Shown in pieces: positions 13,913 to 26,956 of a stretch of 64,000 nt of DNA. The stretch spans positions 5,580,001 to 5,644,000 of the forward strand of contig CM030332.1 of assembly GCA_017654855.1 (NCBI GenBank), given 5' to 3'. Within the stretch, counting starts at the first letter, position 1, and the number at the start of each line of letters is the position of its first letter. This stretch comes from Podospora anserina (Eukaryota). Under the pieces are notes generated by a model that was not told the origin of the DNA, did not search any database, and worked only from the letters and a program-made list of their open reading frames with translations. The position numbers and the translations under genes were made by a program.

Positions 13913-16015
13913 ATGGATCCGTTTGGGGAACCGGCCGCCGACACCTTGGCCGCGGCTCGTCTTCACGTCCAAGCCCTGACCGACTGTGGATTACCCCGCG
14001 AGGCTCTTTTGCGGGCTCTTCTGGAAAACTATGGCGATGGTATGTTGGCGCGCCAAGTTGGCGGTTGATTGCGAGTGTTAACGTGAGAATAGGGTCATCA
14101 ACTGGGACTGGAGCCACCACCGTGGCGCCTGTGGGGATGGAGATGGGCGGCTACTCTCAACAATCGCAACAGCAGCTCCACCAACAGCAACAACAGCAAC
14201 AGCCACACCCACAATTACAGCAGCAACAGGCGCTTCCTTCACCACAGTTGCCGTCGCAGGTGAACCAGCCAATCATTCCGGGGAAAATGATGCAGCACAA
14301 CTTTGGTTACCATCATGGCACACGGCTGTCGATATCGACTACCTCGAGCTCGCAGTCATCAGCTTCCGGGAGGGCCAGCATACTATCGACGGCAACCACC
14401 ATGAGCTCCGTCTCGTCTCAAGCAGCAGGAGGACAGGATATTGCGCCGCTTCCCACGCCGCCTGCGCCGCCCGTAAAGAGCAACAACCGGGGCACTTCCA
14501 AACCGCAAGGCGCATACTGGTGCACCTTTTGTGACGTTGCTTTCCAGCGCAAGTTTGACTGGAAAAGACACGAGGACGAGTTCCACGAGAGATATAAGCG
14601 CTATCCGTGTCCCAACTGCAATCGGATCTTCTGGGGAGCCAATACGTTCAATCAGCACCACAAGAACGCCCACGGCTGCACGACATGCCCGCACGCGGAT
14701 CGGGTGGTGCGCTACACACAGCGCAAAACAGCATGGTAAGTTCCGTCCTTCATTTTGCTTTCTTATTTCTGCGCCTTCAATGTTTCTGAAGGTGGGGTAA
14801 GCAGCAGGATTTCTGTCCCGATCCTTGCTCAGCTGCCCGCCCCCAAATAAGGCTGCCAACATGGCGGCCAGAGTTGAACACTCGATCTGGTCAGTGAAGC
14901 GGACCAGAACGGACCACTGACGTGCTGTTTTCAGGGCCTGCGGATTTTGCGGAGGTTTTCTTGCCAGCCGCGATCGGTATTTCGACCATGTCGCCCGCCA
15001 TTATGAGGATGGATGCAACAAGGGACACTGGAACCACTCACTCGTAATCTACGGCCTACTTCACCAACCTTCGATCAGCAATGCATGGAAGGAGCTCAAT
15101 GCTGCACTCTACGGTCATTTACCACGCGATCAGCAGCCAATGCTGGAATGGGATGCCAAGGTGACTGGCAATGCGCCCGGCTTCCTGGAGGGTGAAAGCC
15201 CCGGCAAACTCCAGGATTTACTCGAATTCTTTAACGAAAGTAACGACGACCCGAGATTTCTTGCACGACTCGCCCACGACCAGGCGAAGATTCGATTCCG
15301 GCATGAGGTACTGCAGCCTGGCGGCATGTCTCCCACCGACATGGCGTCACGGCCTATTTCGGAGCCCCCGAAGCTGAAGTCCTCTGCTTCAGCTCAGACA
15401 CTTTTGTCAAACAAGCACATGTCCTCGCCGCAGCCCTCGGGGGGGTCTGATGGGCCACCACCTGCATACGACAGTAGTTCTGTACAGCATGTCTTGAAGA
15501 AGCAGCGAAGCATGGCTCCTTCACTGGATGCATCGTATTCGAAGCCTCATATGTTTAGCACACCAACACCGCAACAACAGCCGCTGCCACAACCACCACA
15601 ATTACCTTCTCAAAAGCTGATTAACAACCCGTTTCTTACTGCAGCGCCGGAACCTCAACCTCCCAACCTGCTGGGGATTCAACTGGAAACTACGACGTCT
15701 GGAGGATTTTACGACTTGACGCTTACACATGTGCACCCGCACATTCAGGGGCACAGTATGAGTGATATTGCACAGCAACAACAACAACAACAACAGCAGC
15801 AACAACAACAGCAACAGCAACAGCAATTATTACAGCAGCGGCAGCAGCAACTATCGCCGCAAGAACACCAGCCACAGTTCCTGCCGCAGATTAACCCGAT
15901 CAATTTATACGACGACTGGAGTAGCATGGTGGGGACGATGGTAGACGACGGGTCGGGGACGACATGGTGGCAGACGACACAACATCCAGGTACACATCAA
16001 GGACCACCGCAGTGA
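13913..16015 (+). CDS. C2H2 zinc-finger protein, Q-rich, putative transcription factor; exons 13913-14039, 14093-14735, 14935-16015
   Basis: Fingers YWCTFCDVAFQRKFDWKRHEDEFH, CPNC...HHKNAH and WACGFC...HVARH. First exon MDPFGEPAAD... joins in phase 1 via a gtatgt..aatag intron. Confidence 0.85.
15773..15826 (+). repeat. CAA/CAG trinucleotide tract encoding Q18
   Basis: 18 consecutive CAA/CAG codons. Confidence 0.92.
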
Positions 16016-18321
16016 TTTTTCCAAGTCGCTCTTCATATCACAGCACTGTTTTTTTTTCCCCCGCTACATCACAAAAACCTTTTTCTTTGTTTGGAAACCC
16101 TCGGATTTGGACACGGTGCTTGAAAACAGGCAAGGCGTTATTCTGGGCAGCTGTTTTTCTTCTTTCCTCGAATACCCTTCTGAACATTTCTCTTCTTATA
16201 CCCCCCTTTTGCGGGCCTGTCATTACTATATCATTTTTTTCGCACACTTTTGGAACCATTTACCTGTCGATTAGGTTGTCTTTTTTTTTTTGGTGTTTTT
16301 TGTTTTGGATTTTGGACCATTTGGGTTTATATACGACATGGGTTGGACAGGAAGGAAGGCAAGGCATTGGAGGGGAAATGGGCGGAGGTCAAGCAAGCAA
16401 GCAAGGTGAATTTTGCGATGGAGGCATAAGTGGTTTGGGAAAAGGGTGTGCGGAGGTGGTGAAAGTTTCTGGATTTGTTCCATTTGGAGATTAGGCGTTC
16501 CATTATTGAGTACGGGAGATGAAAAAGTCTGACCGGGATGGCGAAAGTAGAGGGTTGTGGGGTTGAGAGAGAGGACTGGAAGGGGGGGGGACAGGGGATG
16601 TTGTTTTGTATTATATATTTGCTCCGGTTCCCAAAGCATGGTGTGTGCCCCCCCTTGGGAACCTGGAAAGCAAGGTAACGGAGAGATTTCGGACTTGGGG
16701 AAAATAAAATTCTTGAATCTGTCACCTTTGTCTTTTTTCCATGCTGCAATACTGGATGGATCCCGGGGCCACAAGGAGTATGATGGGACGGATAGATTGT
16801 GTATACCATGTCCCAATCTCGGAACCGTTCCAACACTCCGGTACCGATATTCATCAACTGGGCAGCCTTTGCTAACTTGGGGAGGAATCCACAGTTTGAC
16901 CGTTGCCCAGAAGCATGTGATCGACAGATCTGCCTTGTCTGCCGGGCGCGGTGGGTTTTGGCGGTGGTTGTGGAGAAGAAGGTAAAGGCCGGGGGTGGAG
17001 GGGGTGTTTTGGGGCGGCTCCGCAGAGCTCCGCAAACCCCGTTGTAATAAAACGGTGTTAGGGAGTGGAAGTGGGAAGGGTAGGCTGAACCAAGCGTGGG
17101 TCCGGGATATGGCGGGGGTAAGGAAAAGTCTGGTGGTGTTGGGTAGGGAAGTTGGGGGGACTAGGTTGGTTGTTGGTGATTCGGTTTTGGAGAAAAGTAT
17201 ATTGTAGAGCTGGATAAGTTGGATAGTACCTGAAGTGTGCTGGTCTTAGAGGTGACATGTGGCTTTTAAGCTACCAGGTTGGATATTCGGTTTGTAAGGG
17301 TTGTTTCTGAAGATGTGGTCATGTAGTTGAATATCTTGCGTGATGCTACTAGCAAAATGTCACATTGCTGATGATATCTCTAACCGGTAAACTGGATTTT
17401 CATCTCAACTTTTGTTTTGGTTCATTGATAAGCTGTTAGAAGCACAAAAGATCAGCTGAGCTTTGGGAGAAAAAGGAAGGGAGTATAGCTGGTATGGTTG
17501 CTCCTTCCCTACACTCGCACAACAACGTCACTGCACACACTCACCAATCTGCGTCACACATTTCTTTCAAAAATACCCCGCGTCGAACAGAGTATTAGAA
17601 ATCAGCCCGCGTTATTACAACTATTCCCATCAACAAGTTAGTAACTCGGAGTTTTCAACCCCCCGAGTTATGAATCATGGACTCGCCTCTAACCCCCAAC
17701 CCGACCTGCAAAAGATCTTCACAGCTCCCGGGACCTCACACATACCATCCGGCCTCATCGTCAAGAAGAAGCATGACAAAGCATACCAAGACATGGCCCA
17801 TACCTTCACCCCGATCCCCGGGGTGGTCCAGACCCAAGTCATACCGGTTTTCTCCCAATCTAACCACGCCACACAATATACATCACGCATGGCGTTGCTA
17901 GAACAACAACAAAACGGCCCAAGGAAAAACGTACATGTAAGCGACCCTTTTTTAAAAAGCGGGAAAACAAAAGGGGAACTGTCGCGATTCGCCCAACCAA
18001 ACTTTACACCATGCGTTTTATTCGCTTGGCGCAGGTAAGGTAGGTTTGGGATTGCCTGCCGGGTTGGTACAAGCCGATATGCATGGAGCTATGTGTGTGT
18101 GTGCTTACTGTGCAGTGGGTTGATATTAGCCAACCGATTGTCCCGACTCGGGGAGGAATTATTGGGTGGGCGTCGTGGTGGTGGATGGGAGGCTATTTGT
18201 GGATGGCAGGGGTTGTTGAATCTTGATGGTTTCGGAGAGGTGTATATAAGTAGTGATAGTCTCGGACTTTTTGGGAGCTTGAAAAAGGTGTAACGGGGCT
18301 CTTCAAGGCTCGTTGAACAAG

Positions 18322-20177
18322 ATGGCGAGGTTGCTGCTGTGTTCTGTTCAGCTGCTTGTGGCGAGGATCGTGGGGGTTGGAGCTCAGGCGCCGGGTGGTA
18401 GTACGTATGATTATGTGAGTGTTTCACCGTGTTGCTTGGAAGACCTCTGGCTGATTTATGACAGGTTATTGTGGGAGGTGGTACGGCGGGCCTTGCTCTT
18501 GCTACTAGGTTGAGTCTTGGTTTGCCCAGTGCCAAAATAGTTGTTATCGAGGCTGGGCCTTCTGGCCTGCATGAGGATGGTATCAACGTTCCTGGTTTGA
18601 AAGGGAGCACGATCGGAGGAAAGTATGACTGGTACTTTCCGACTGTACCCCAGAAAGCCTTGAACAATCGGGTTGTTTTCAACCCCCGTGGTAAAGTACT
18701 TGGTGGCTCGTCCGCCCTGAACTTGCTCACTTGGGACCGTCCGGCGGCGAGGGAGATTGAGAAGTGGAAGGAGTTGGGCAATCCGGGATGGGGCTGGAAG
18801 GAGATGGAGGCGGCTATGGAGAAGGCCGAGACGTTTGTGGGTGGACCGCCTGGCTCAGGGACCAAGGGTCCGATATATGCGCTGTACAATCGACAGCAGG
18901 CGCCTTTCCTGAATGCTGTTGCCCCCGCAGTTTCGAGTCTCCATGGTATCCCGCTGAACTCGGACTCGATCCAGGGGAATCCCATCGGCATCGGGTACCA
19001 GCCTACCAATGTGAACCCGACGTCCTACAACCGGTCCTACAGCGCGAATGAGTATCTTTCCAAGGCAAAATCAAACCTGGTGGTCTTGACCGAAACTCGC
19101 GTCGCCAAGGTCAACTTGAAGAAAAGCGGCAAGCTTCAGCGGGCAACTGGTGTTACCCTTACTGACGGGACCGTCATCACAGCCCGCAAGGAGGTTATCT
19201 TGTCTGCGGGATCCATACAGTCGCCAAACCTTCTCGAGTTGTCAGGTATTGGCGGGAGTGACATTCTCAAAGCTGCCAAAATCAAACAGCTCATCGACCT
19301 CCCTGGAGTTGGGGAGAACTATCAAGAGCACCTCCTGGTGTCGATCAGCTATCAAGTTCGAGACGACTTCTTTACCGGTGACCGAGTCAACTATAACTCA
19401 ACTTACAGAGAAGAACAATGGAACCGCCGCCTCAACAACCTGTCCTCTTGGTTCGACGACGCTCGCTTTTCAATTCTGTTCGCCAACTGGAAGCAGATCA
19501 TTGGTGGTTCTGACAACGCCCAGGTCGCCCTGGCTCGCTCTCTTCTCGCTGGGTCGAAAGATGTTGGCCACAAGTGGAAGCTAGAGCAGCTTTCCGACCC
19601 CAAGATCCCCCAAATCGAGATGATCTTTACCTCTCGGTATTTTGGCAATAAGGGATACCCCCCTGTTGGATCCCCCTTGAATGGAAAAGGCTTTATGGCC
19701 ATCATCGTCGGCCTCATGCACCCCCTCGCAACAGGGAGCGTGCATATCGACCCTGCCAACGCCACCCTTGGGAGCCCAATTATTGATCCAAAGTTTCTCA
19801 ACAACGAATATGACATCCAGGGATTGATTCACGCCTTGAAGTTTGCGAGGAAGATCTTCCAGACGGAGCCGCTCAAGTCGGTGGTGGTGAGCGAATATGA
19901 ACCCGGGCTGGATGCGGTCAAGACGGATGCTGAGTGGAGGGCGTATTTGTTGCGGAATATGGGGATCATTTTTCATCCCATGTGCACTGCGGCGATGCTG
20001 CCGAAGAAGGACGGCGGGGTGGTGGATCCGAAGCTGGTGGTGTATGGAACGGAGAACCTGAGGGTTGTGGATGCGAGTGTGATTCCGGTCCAGATATCGG
20101 CGCATCCGCAGACGGTGGTGTATGGGATTGCGGAGAAGGCGGCGGAGATTATCATCAAGGAGGGGAAGGGGAGGTAA
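18322..20177 (+). CDS. Secreted GMC oxidoreductase (CAZy AA3_2-type, glucose dehydrogenase / aryl-alcohol oxidase-like); intron 18415-18464
   Basis: Signal-like N-terminus; YDY|VIVGGGTAG FAD motif; RGKVLGGSSALN; GVGENYQEH; His/His active site (FHPMCT ... SAHPQ); LRVVDAS. Confidence 0.93.
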
Positions 20178-20561
20178 CAAGGAAGGGAGACGGGCAGGAT
20201 GTGGGAAACATATGAAAACGGGTACATAAGGGAAGATTCGAGGGGTTCGGGGCATGTTCAACAGAGATGCCTTTGACAGTAACACTGTGCAAGTCCCCGT
20301 AGCTTCTCTGACGTCTACTGCTCGTGTGATAGCCATGTGATGCTTGCTGAATAATAATGTGGGATATCAAAACTGAATAGGAGGCAAAGACAGGAAAGGT
20401 ACGAGCAAGATCCAAGCCCTAACATGAATGAGGTGTCTACTCTAGAAAAAAGCAATGCTCAGCTGAAACGCTCACTGATGCACTGTAAATGCCACCGTCT
20501 TTCCATCCCATCTATCCTTCAGTTGCACTTCTTTGGGGTGACACAATGCAGGCAATTTCCT

Positions 20562-21986
20562 CTAATTCTCCCGGGTGATCTTCTCTACAAAGCTACGGGA
20601 GAGGTCGTGCGACACGCCCAAGTCTTCCATCAACTGAGCGAAATCCCGCCCCAAGCGCTCTCCCCGCGTCTCCTGCCCAACCACCGTCACCCGCTGGCTC
20701 TCTCGTGACTTCTGCAGCAATCGACCCAGCGTGACCTCGAAGCGACCATCCGACTTGCACGCCGAAACCTCGACAATGGTAGCGCCAATCGTGAGCCACC
20801 CCAACACCATATCGATGCTGGTGGATCCTTCCATGAAACGAAATTCTATTGTTCTCGGATTGGTTCTTGCCCGTTCGTCCTCAAGGCCAAAAGCGCTGAA
20901 GTTGAAGCCCAATCGTCGGTGCATTCGAGTATCGCCAGAAAGCAGCTTTCCGAGCTCTTCGTGGGAGGTTTTACTCCAAATCTCCCGAAAGGCAGCCAGT
21001 TCCTTTGCCGAGACAGTCTTTTGCCCGCATATTGCTCGGACGATCTGCCTATCGGAGATGTCATGTGCCTGTCGGGCGACGGCCTGGCGGGTGAGAAGGC
21101 CTTCCAACCCGTCGAGACTCCTGGCCAGCCGACTGTGCTTCACGAGCTCGAATCCCCACGAGTAAATGTTGTCATAATTGGGAGACTTGGGGTCCCTGGT
21201 GCTGCGGAGGGTGGGTTCAGATACCCAAAGGATGGTTGCGAGTCTCTTCAGTGTCGACAGAGAGTAGGGTTGGTCATCGATGCGTCCGAGATGGCAGTGC
21301 GTATCACAACTTCCGTTGATAACCAGCCGGTGTTTCGACATCAACGCCTTTAGAACCCTTTGAACACGGTGGCGGGTTTGGCGGTCGTTAGCCAGCATTT
21401 TGGGTGAGCAAATCTCGGCCGACGCCCATGTATATCCTTTCAGCAACTTTTCCTTCTCCAAAGGCTCTGGGGACCCGGCTTTCTTCACGATCCATGCCGA
21501 CGCCCAGAACTCGCTTTCCTTCTGGCCTCCTTCCTCAATCTCGGCTTTGGTGATGGCGTTCTCTCCCGTCTCTTTGATTGTTTGGGCCAAGAGGGCTAAA
21601 ACCTGCTGTTGACTAGCGGGCTTGTCGCCAGGATACAACGCCGTCTGGAGAGGTCGCGGATCGTTTGGCTCGGGATCAGAACACCCCGGAATCAGGAGCG
21701 GGTAGAGATACTTGAGCTCAACCGCCAGAGTGACGTCTTCCAGTCTGTCCTCAGACTCATCGTTCTCCACCTCGATGTCCAACTTGGGGCTGTCGTGGTA
21801 ATGGTGACCGGTGTGATGGTTGAAAACGTAAGGGATTCTCTCCGAGTTTGGGGTTCCTTTCACGGCTCGACAGAAGCACCCCAAGAAGGCCCAGATACCG
21901 CGCGTCTTAAGTTCTTGCTCCACAACCACGGTGGGCGTGGGCAGATCCATAGGCCAACTACCCATGGCACCGAGCTGCCGTCTCAT
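20562..21986 (-). CDS. Putative amidoligase-like (COOH-NH2 ligase type 2) protein; start uncertain
   Basis: About 470-codon ORF with family-like motifs VTLAVELKY, W..AEICSP, SCDTHCHLG, FNFSAF, RTIEFRFMEGS. Confidence 0.7.
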   Translation of the reverse strand: MRRQLGAMGSWPMDLPTPTVVVEQELKTRGIWAFLGCFCRAVKGTPNSERIPYVFNHHTGHHYHDSPKLDIEVENDESEDRLEDVTLAVELKYLYPLLIPGCSDPEPNDPRPLQTALYPGDKPASQQQVLALLAQTIKETGENAITKAEIEEGGQKESEFWASAWIVKKAGSPEPLEKEKLLKGYTWASAEICSPKMLANDRQTRHRVQRVLKALMSKHRLVINGSCDTHCHLGRIDDQPYSLSTLKRLATILWVSEPTLRSTRDPKSPNYDNIYSWGFELVKHSRLARSLDGLEGLLTRQAVARQAHDISDRQIVRAICGQKTVSAKELAAFREIWSKTSHEELGKLLSGDTRMHRRLGFNFSAFGLEDERARTNPRTIEFRFMEGSTSIDMVLGWLTIGATIVEVSACKSDGRFEVTLGRLLQKSRESQRVTVVGQETRGERLGRDFAQLMEDLGVSHDLSRSFVEKITREN

Positions 21987-24900
21987 CTGATCTGGCAGCA
22001 AATTGAATTGATATTTTGGCTGAACACAGAATATTTGGTACTCCAGTCACCCTCATGCCCATCCGCATTCCTTGGTTGCGAAGCTTCTGGCATCAACAGA
22101 GAAAGGAGAGCCACCTCGACAGAATACTTTCTAGGTCACAACAGCAAAACCTGGCACTCTAATATTCTGGCAACATTCAGACAAGAGAACACTTCGGGAC
22201 ATTGGGCGTCAGCAGAGCAACTAGCCGGTATGACAGGTCAACGAATCTTACCAAAGGGAGCTGCGGCGAGCCTCACGAATCAAGATAAGATCCAACGCTC
22301 TCCCTCCAAGTACCCAAGAACCCGAGTTCGGGGCGAAGAGCATGTAATGCGAGTCAGCATGCCGCAAGAAAACGTGGGGAGTTGATGTCCCACAAGTACC
22401 TGGAAGCCCCGTGTCACCCCAATAATCGAATAAACGCCTAGACAAACCGAAAACTACCAACAACTCGAGCCCGACCGGACAGCTCGGTAGGTAAAGTGAC
22501 AAGTCATCTCTGGCCCCCCTCTTATTCATAATCCATGACTGTTGGTACCTAATGACAGTGGTGTACTTGTCCAGATTGAGGGAATTCCCGGCAGGCCATG
22601 GCGCATTGGAGTGTGCCGTTGGCTACGATCAAGACAAGAGGTCCTTTGGATCCGGACGGCCTTGGCCTCTTTCGGGTGTTTCAATAAGCACGAAAACACC
22701 AAGAGTCTGCAGACAGGGGGGCTGCATGACCCCGTGCATGCTTGATACATCACTAGACTCCCACTTTTGCACCTCAAGTCGAGCGCTGTTCCTTGTCGTA
22801 CAAGGTGTCATTTGTTGCGCGCTCGGTTGAGACCCCTATAACGCCATTCACATTGCTTCTTGGTAGGAGTAGTCCCCCCTTTCTCTTCTCACACCGCAGG
22901 TCTGCACTCACCTATCCCAGCCAACGCATCCCGTGACGAGTTCGTGTGGGATTTGTGGGTCGTCGCCGATAAGAGCAACGATGAGTTCGCCATCTTGTAG
23001 CAGATGGCCACGATGGACGACCCACACACAGACTCGGCACAGTGAGAGCCATGAAATCCAGAGAGCGGTCAAACCCTCCATTTTCAGACATTTATTGACC
23101 AAACAAAATGTCTCTCCCACTCATTTTCACACCACTACCCCCCATGCTTGGATAGCCCTGCCCCCACACTGCTCGTGTTTTGCTCCTCTCCCGCTGTGCC
23201 GTACGATGGTATTCCTGGGCGAGGATGGGGTTGATTGGAGAAGGAAGATGCCGAGACAAAAGCCGGGCCGGACGTCAATCGAATCTAACACTTTCGCAGA
23301 AGTTGCTGAAATCGAAGAGGATGACACGACTCGCAACATCAACCATAAAAGAGCTTTGTATGAGCCGAGAAGGAAATCAAAGCATTCAATTCAACTTAGA
23401 TCATGGCGGGACGGGCTTATTTCAGGCAAAGTCAAAGCCCAATCCAACCCGGCATATATACGATATATCTTCTCCCACACACCAAGTCTTCGGGTTTTTC
23501 CAAGTTACGCCAGGTTTTCTCGATCTGGTTCGATGCGCGGCAGGTGCCGAGGAGGAAGGTAAGGAGGGCGGCACCGCGGACGCCGCCCCGCCCGTTCCGC
23601 CTGCACAGACTCTGCTTGACTGCAACCCGGCGAGTGTACCGCGTATGCGTGTTATGCTGTTTGTTGCTGCTGTACATATGCAACGGCGTAGAGGAGGACG
23701 GTGGTGGTGGTTGGCAGGTGTCATTCGGTGTTTTGGGTCTGGAGGGTTGTAAAGGAGGGCGGTATTATGCTCATCATTCTCTTTTTCCTGTTGCTGATGT
23801 GTGCTTGCGTGATTGATGTAAGGATCAGACATTGATTGATACCCTACCTTACAGTGTTGTGTGACCTTTTCCTTTTGGTTGCTTTCGGATGTTAGACACC
23901 GGCAGATGGAAAAAGGGTGAGAATGGCGGTGGGTCGTAACTGAAGCGGATATCAGCACGACATGGTTTTTTTACGGTGGACAGGAAAGGTAAGGTAGATG
24001 TGGTGTGTTTGTGTAACGTGGGGAACTTGGTTGATTTTTTTCTGGGTACCTATCTTTTTTGGCCCGGCTGACGGCAGGGTTGACTCCAAGATGATGTGAT
24101 GTGTGACAAGGGTGAGCAGGGGTGGATTTGCTGATATGTCAGTGTCTGTTTGGGAATTCATGTGATGGGGCTGGACTGTTCTATTTGATGTCAAGTAATA
24201 AGGTATGGTGTTTTCTGTTGGTTGGACGTGCGCTTGTCTCAGTGGGAGAAGAGGTGGTGGTGGCGGTTGGGTGTGACACGTATGTAGAATGTGAGCTGGA
24301 TACTGGAAGGGGTAAGCCGGGAGGGTGTATGGGTGCTTTTGGAGCGAGAATTTGTGTAACGGGGTGTTGGGAGAAGGAGAAAAGAGCGGCTTGCAATTGG
24401 AGGGGAAGGATATGTTGCAGAGAAACCCAGGCTAGCCCGCAAACCTTCTTTTTTTCCCCTTTAATTATCTTGCGATTACGTTAGCTACAAGGATGAGTTA
24501 CTAGTGTTGACTTAGTTCGACCTCAGCTTCGTGAGAGCTGCCCTGTTTTATATTGAAGTATCCACGTGCTTTATAGAGGAATTTAGCTTGTTACTGACTA
24601 GTAGCCTAATACCTACGTATCTAGATAGATGAACTGGTGTTCAGTGCTTTCGCTTGAGACTTAAGCTCTGAAATTCTTCAACCAGCTTTAGTTGGTCAAC
24701 CCATGATCAAGGTGCCTGGTAGTCAAGGACACCTACGTTGGTTAGCTATCTATGCTCGCGATTTCAAGTTCCGAGTCGGCCTTTCTTCCCAGAACCTACG
24801 TATTGTCTTATTTAATCGACACAAGTTGGTATGCAACAAGAGAAAATGAGCATCTGGGATTGATTTATGTTCGATGTCGTAGGTCAAGATGACTGCCGTG

Positions 24901-26797
24901 AACTTGATATCTCACTGATCATACATATGATTCCAGGGTCTTTTGATGTTGCGTGCTATGATAATGTACCAACGTCTTCAACGATATTCACATTGAGGCA
25001 TTGAATTTGTCGTAGTCTGAAGCAGGGGAGATCACTAGTCAGGAGATCGGCTGAAGTTGGCAAACAGCAAACACTTGGATTTACATTAGATGGTCTGTTT
25101 GTCGAAGACTTCTAAACCCCAGAGTTCCGCCTCATCCATCGCTTCCCCTCCCCCTTGACCGCCGCCTTTTAGCTGCATAGAAAACCAGACGAAGATGATC
25201 CCACCAATTTGTGCTGGCGAGCATGGTGGAGCTGAAAGGGAATAGCACACCACGCTGGACTTGTGTCATCATGGTCCAGACGGGGGCCACAACTCGAAGG
25301 CATCAACTAGTGCGAGGCCTGCCCCTTAGCAAGTAACGCCACCAGGGCAGCAGTCCTTGGAGCAGTTGGCAATGCAGAACTGGTCGGTAACGCTGCCTCT
25401 GCGGCAGCCGGGGATGCAGAAGAGTTGATGGCAGAGGCAGAGGAGAGAACGAAGACTTTATACCTATTCTCCTCAGGTCGCTCTGGTATCAAGACCACTT
25501 GCCTGCTCCATACAGATACTACATCGACGACGACAGCAATCTCGACCAGCTCATCGGCCCACTGGGACAGTATCTATCCCAGATCATAGTGTGTGCAGCT
25601 TGCCATCGAGTGTTTAGCGATGCTGTGGTCAGATTTTCACAACAGCTAATCATCAAGGCTTTTACTTTGTTGCCTATGCTAACTGATATCCACCATGCCA
25701 CTTCAACACTGCCAGCAGTCCGGAGCCGAGCATTACTCCACCACGGCAGCGGCCAGGTCGGCTCTACAATCTCACCGTTCGCAGTCCGCTGCACTTAATC
25801 GGAATACGGCCCGAGCCGGCATGAAAATCGCAAGCCATGGCATGAAACAGCCGGGGCCGGACTTTTGATCGGTCGGTAAACTGGGGTAGGGGTTTACTGG
25901 GCACTCGCTTCAAGCGAGACCAAGCAGGGCTGACGCCGAGATGGACGGCCCGGATCTTGGGTGGAGACTTCAGTCCTCGTAAATTATCCCAATCATTATG
26001 GAGCGAAGTATCGGAATCGCGGGTCGCGATACCGTTTTCCACCGCCCTCTCAAGGCAGCAGGATTCCTTCTTGGCAAGGCAGGTTTTTGTTTTCACAGTT
26101 TGCTGCTCACCAATTAACCCAGACTTCAAAGACCATCAGGTTAAATTCCAGGATAATGAATCTCACGTTTGGTATTGATTGAATCTTACAGTTGCTTACC
26201 GGGAGGTTATCAGGAGAGAGCTGCTGGCATCGTAGACTTGTTGAAACTGAGAAGTTGCTAAGAAGGAGAGCTGTGGAAAAGTAGAGAGTTGCTGAGCGTT
26301 ATGCAGAGACGCCCATTCATTCTACATGAAAGAAGAATTGAGCAGAGTATACTCCGTATATGTTGTTCTCAATGAAGCATGTTGATTATCCAGCATCTGA
26401 GATGGAGCTCCAAGCATTATCAATGACACACCCGTATAAATCAGATCAGAAAAAAACAGAAATAATATCAGACCAAGGATCTCACTCACCATCATTACAA
26501 CCCGCAGCACGAAGAAATACCACTATCTGCTACTTTGCAGTTCTAGAAATCAACTCGCCCCCATATACATATACTACACTCTACAACACCAAAGAACACA
26601 GCTTGTAATGTATAAAAGAAACAAAAGCTAACCGTGTTACTAGCCACCGGGTGTATAAGTAATGCACTGGCTTGCAAACCCCGAGAAAGAAAAAACAAAA
26701 GAAAAAAACGCCATGCAAACCCGCCCACCTACCGGTTTTAAAACACGGACATTGCCTTCCACATCTTTGATAAAAAACAAACCCACAAATCTCATTC

Positions 26798-26799
26798 CA

Positions 26800-26831
<32 letters not shown>
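26798..26831. repeat. (CA)n microsatellite downstream of btgC (3' side)
   Basis: Near-perfect CA run seen directly. Confidence 0.9.
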
Positions 26832-26832
<1 letters not shown>

Positions 26833-26956
26833 GTTCCTGCCTGTCTACACATATCTCCACAAAAGTCCCAACCCGGCCATCATTACAGAAATTCCACACA
26901 TTTCATATCCCATATAAACCCATTCCCAAAAGTTCCATCACACATTACACCCATAA

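Noticed and set aside
16271-17258. Long minus-strand open frames between the C2H2 gene and the GMC gene
   Set aside because: C-rich, stop-poor sequence; the candidate intron phase does not join the pieces and no domain is recognisable.
17463-18038. 191-aa + strand ORF upstream of the GMC gene
   Set aside because: Non-ATG start in the track, no motif; cannot be distinguished from promoter DNA.
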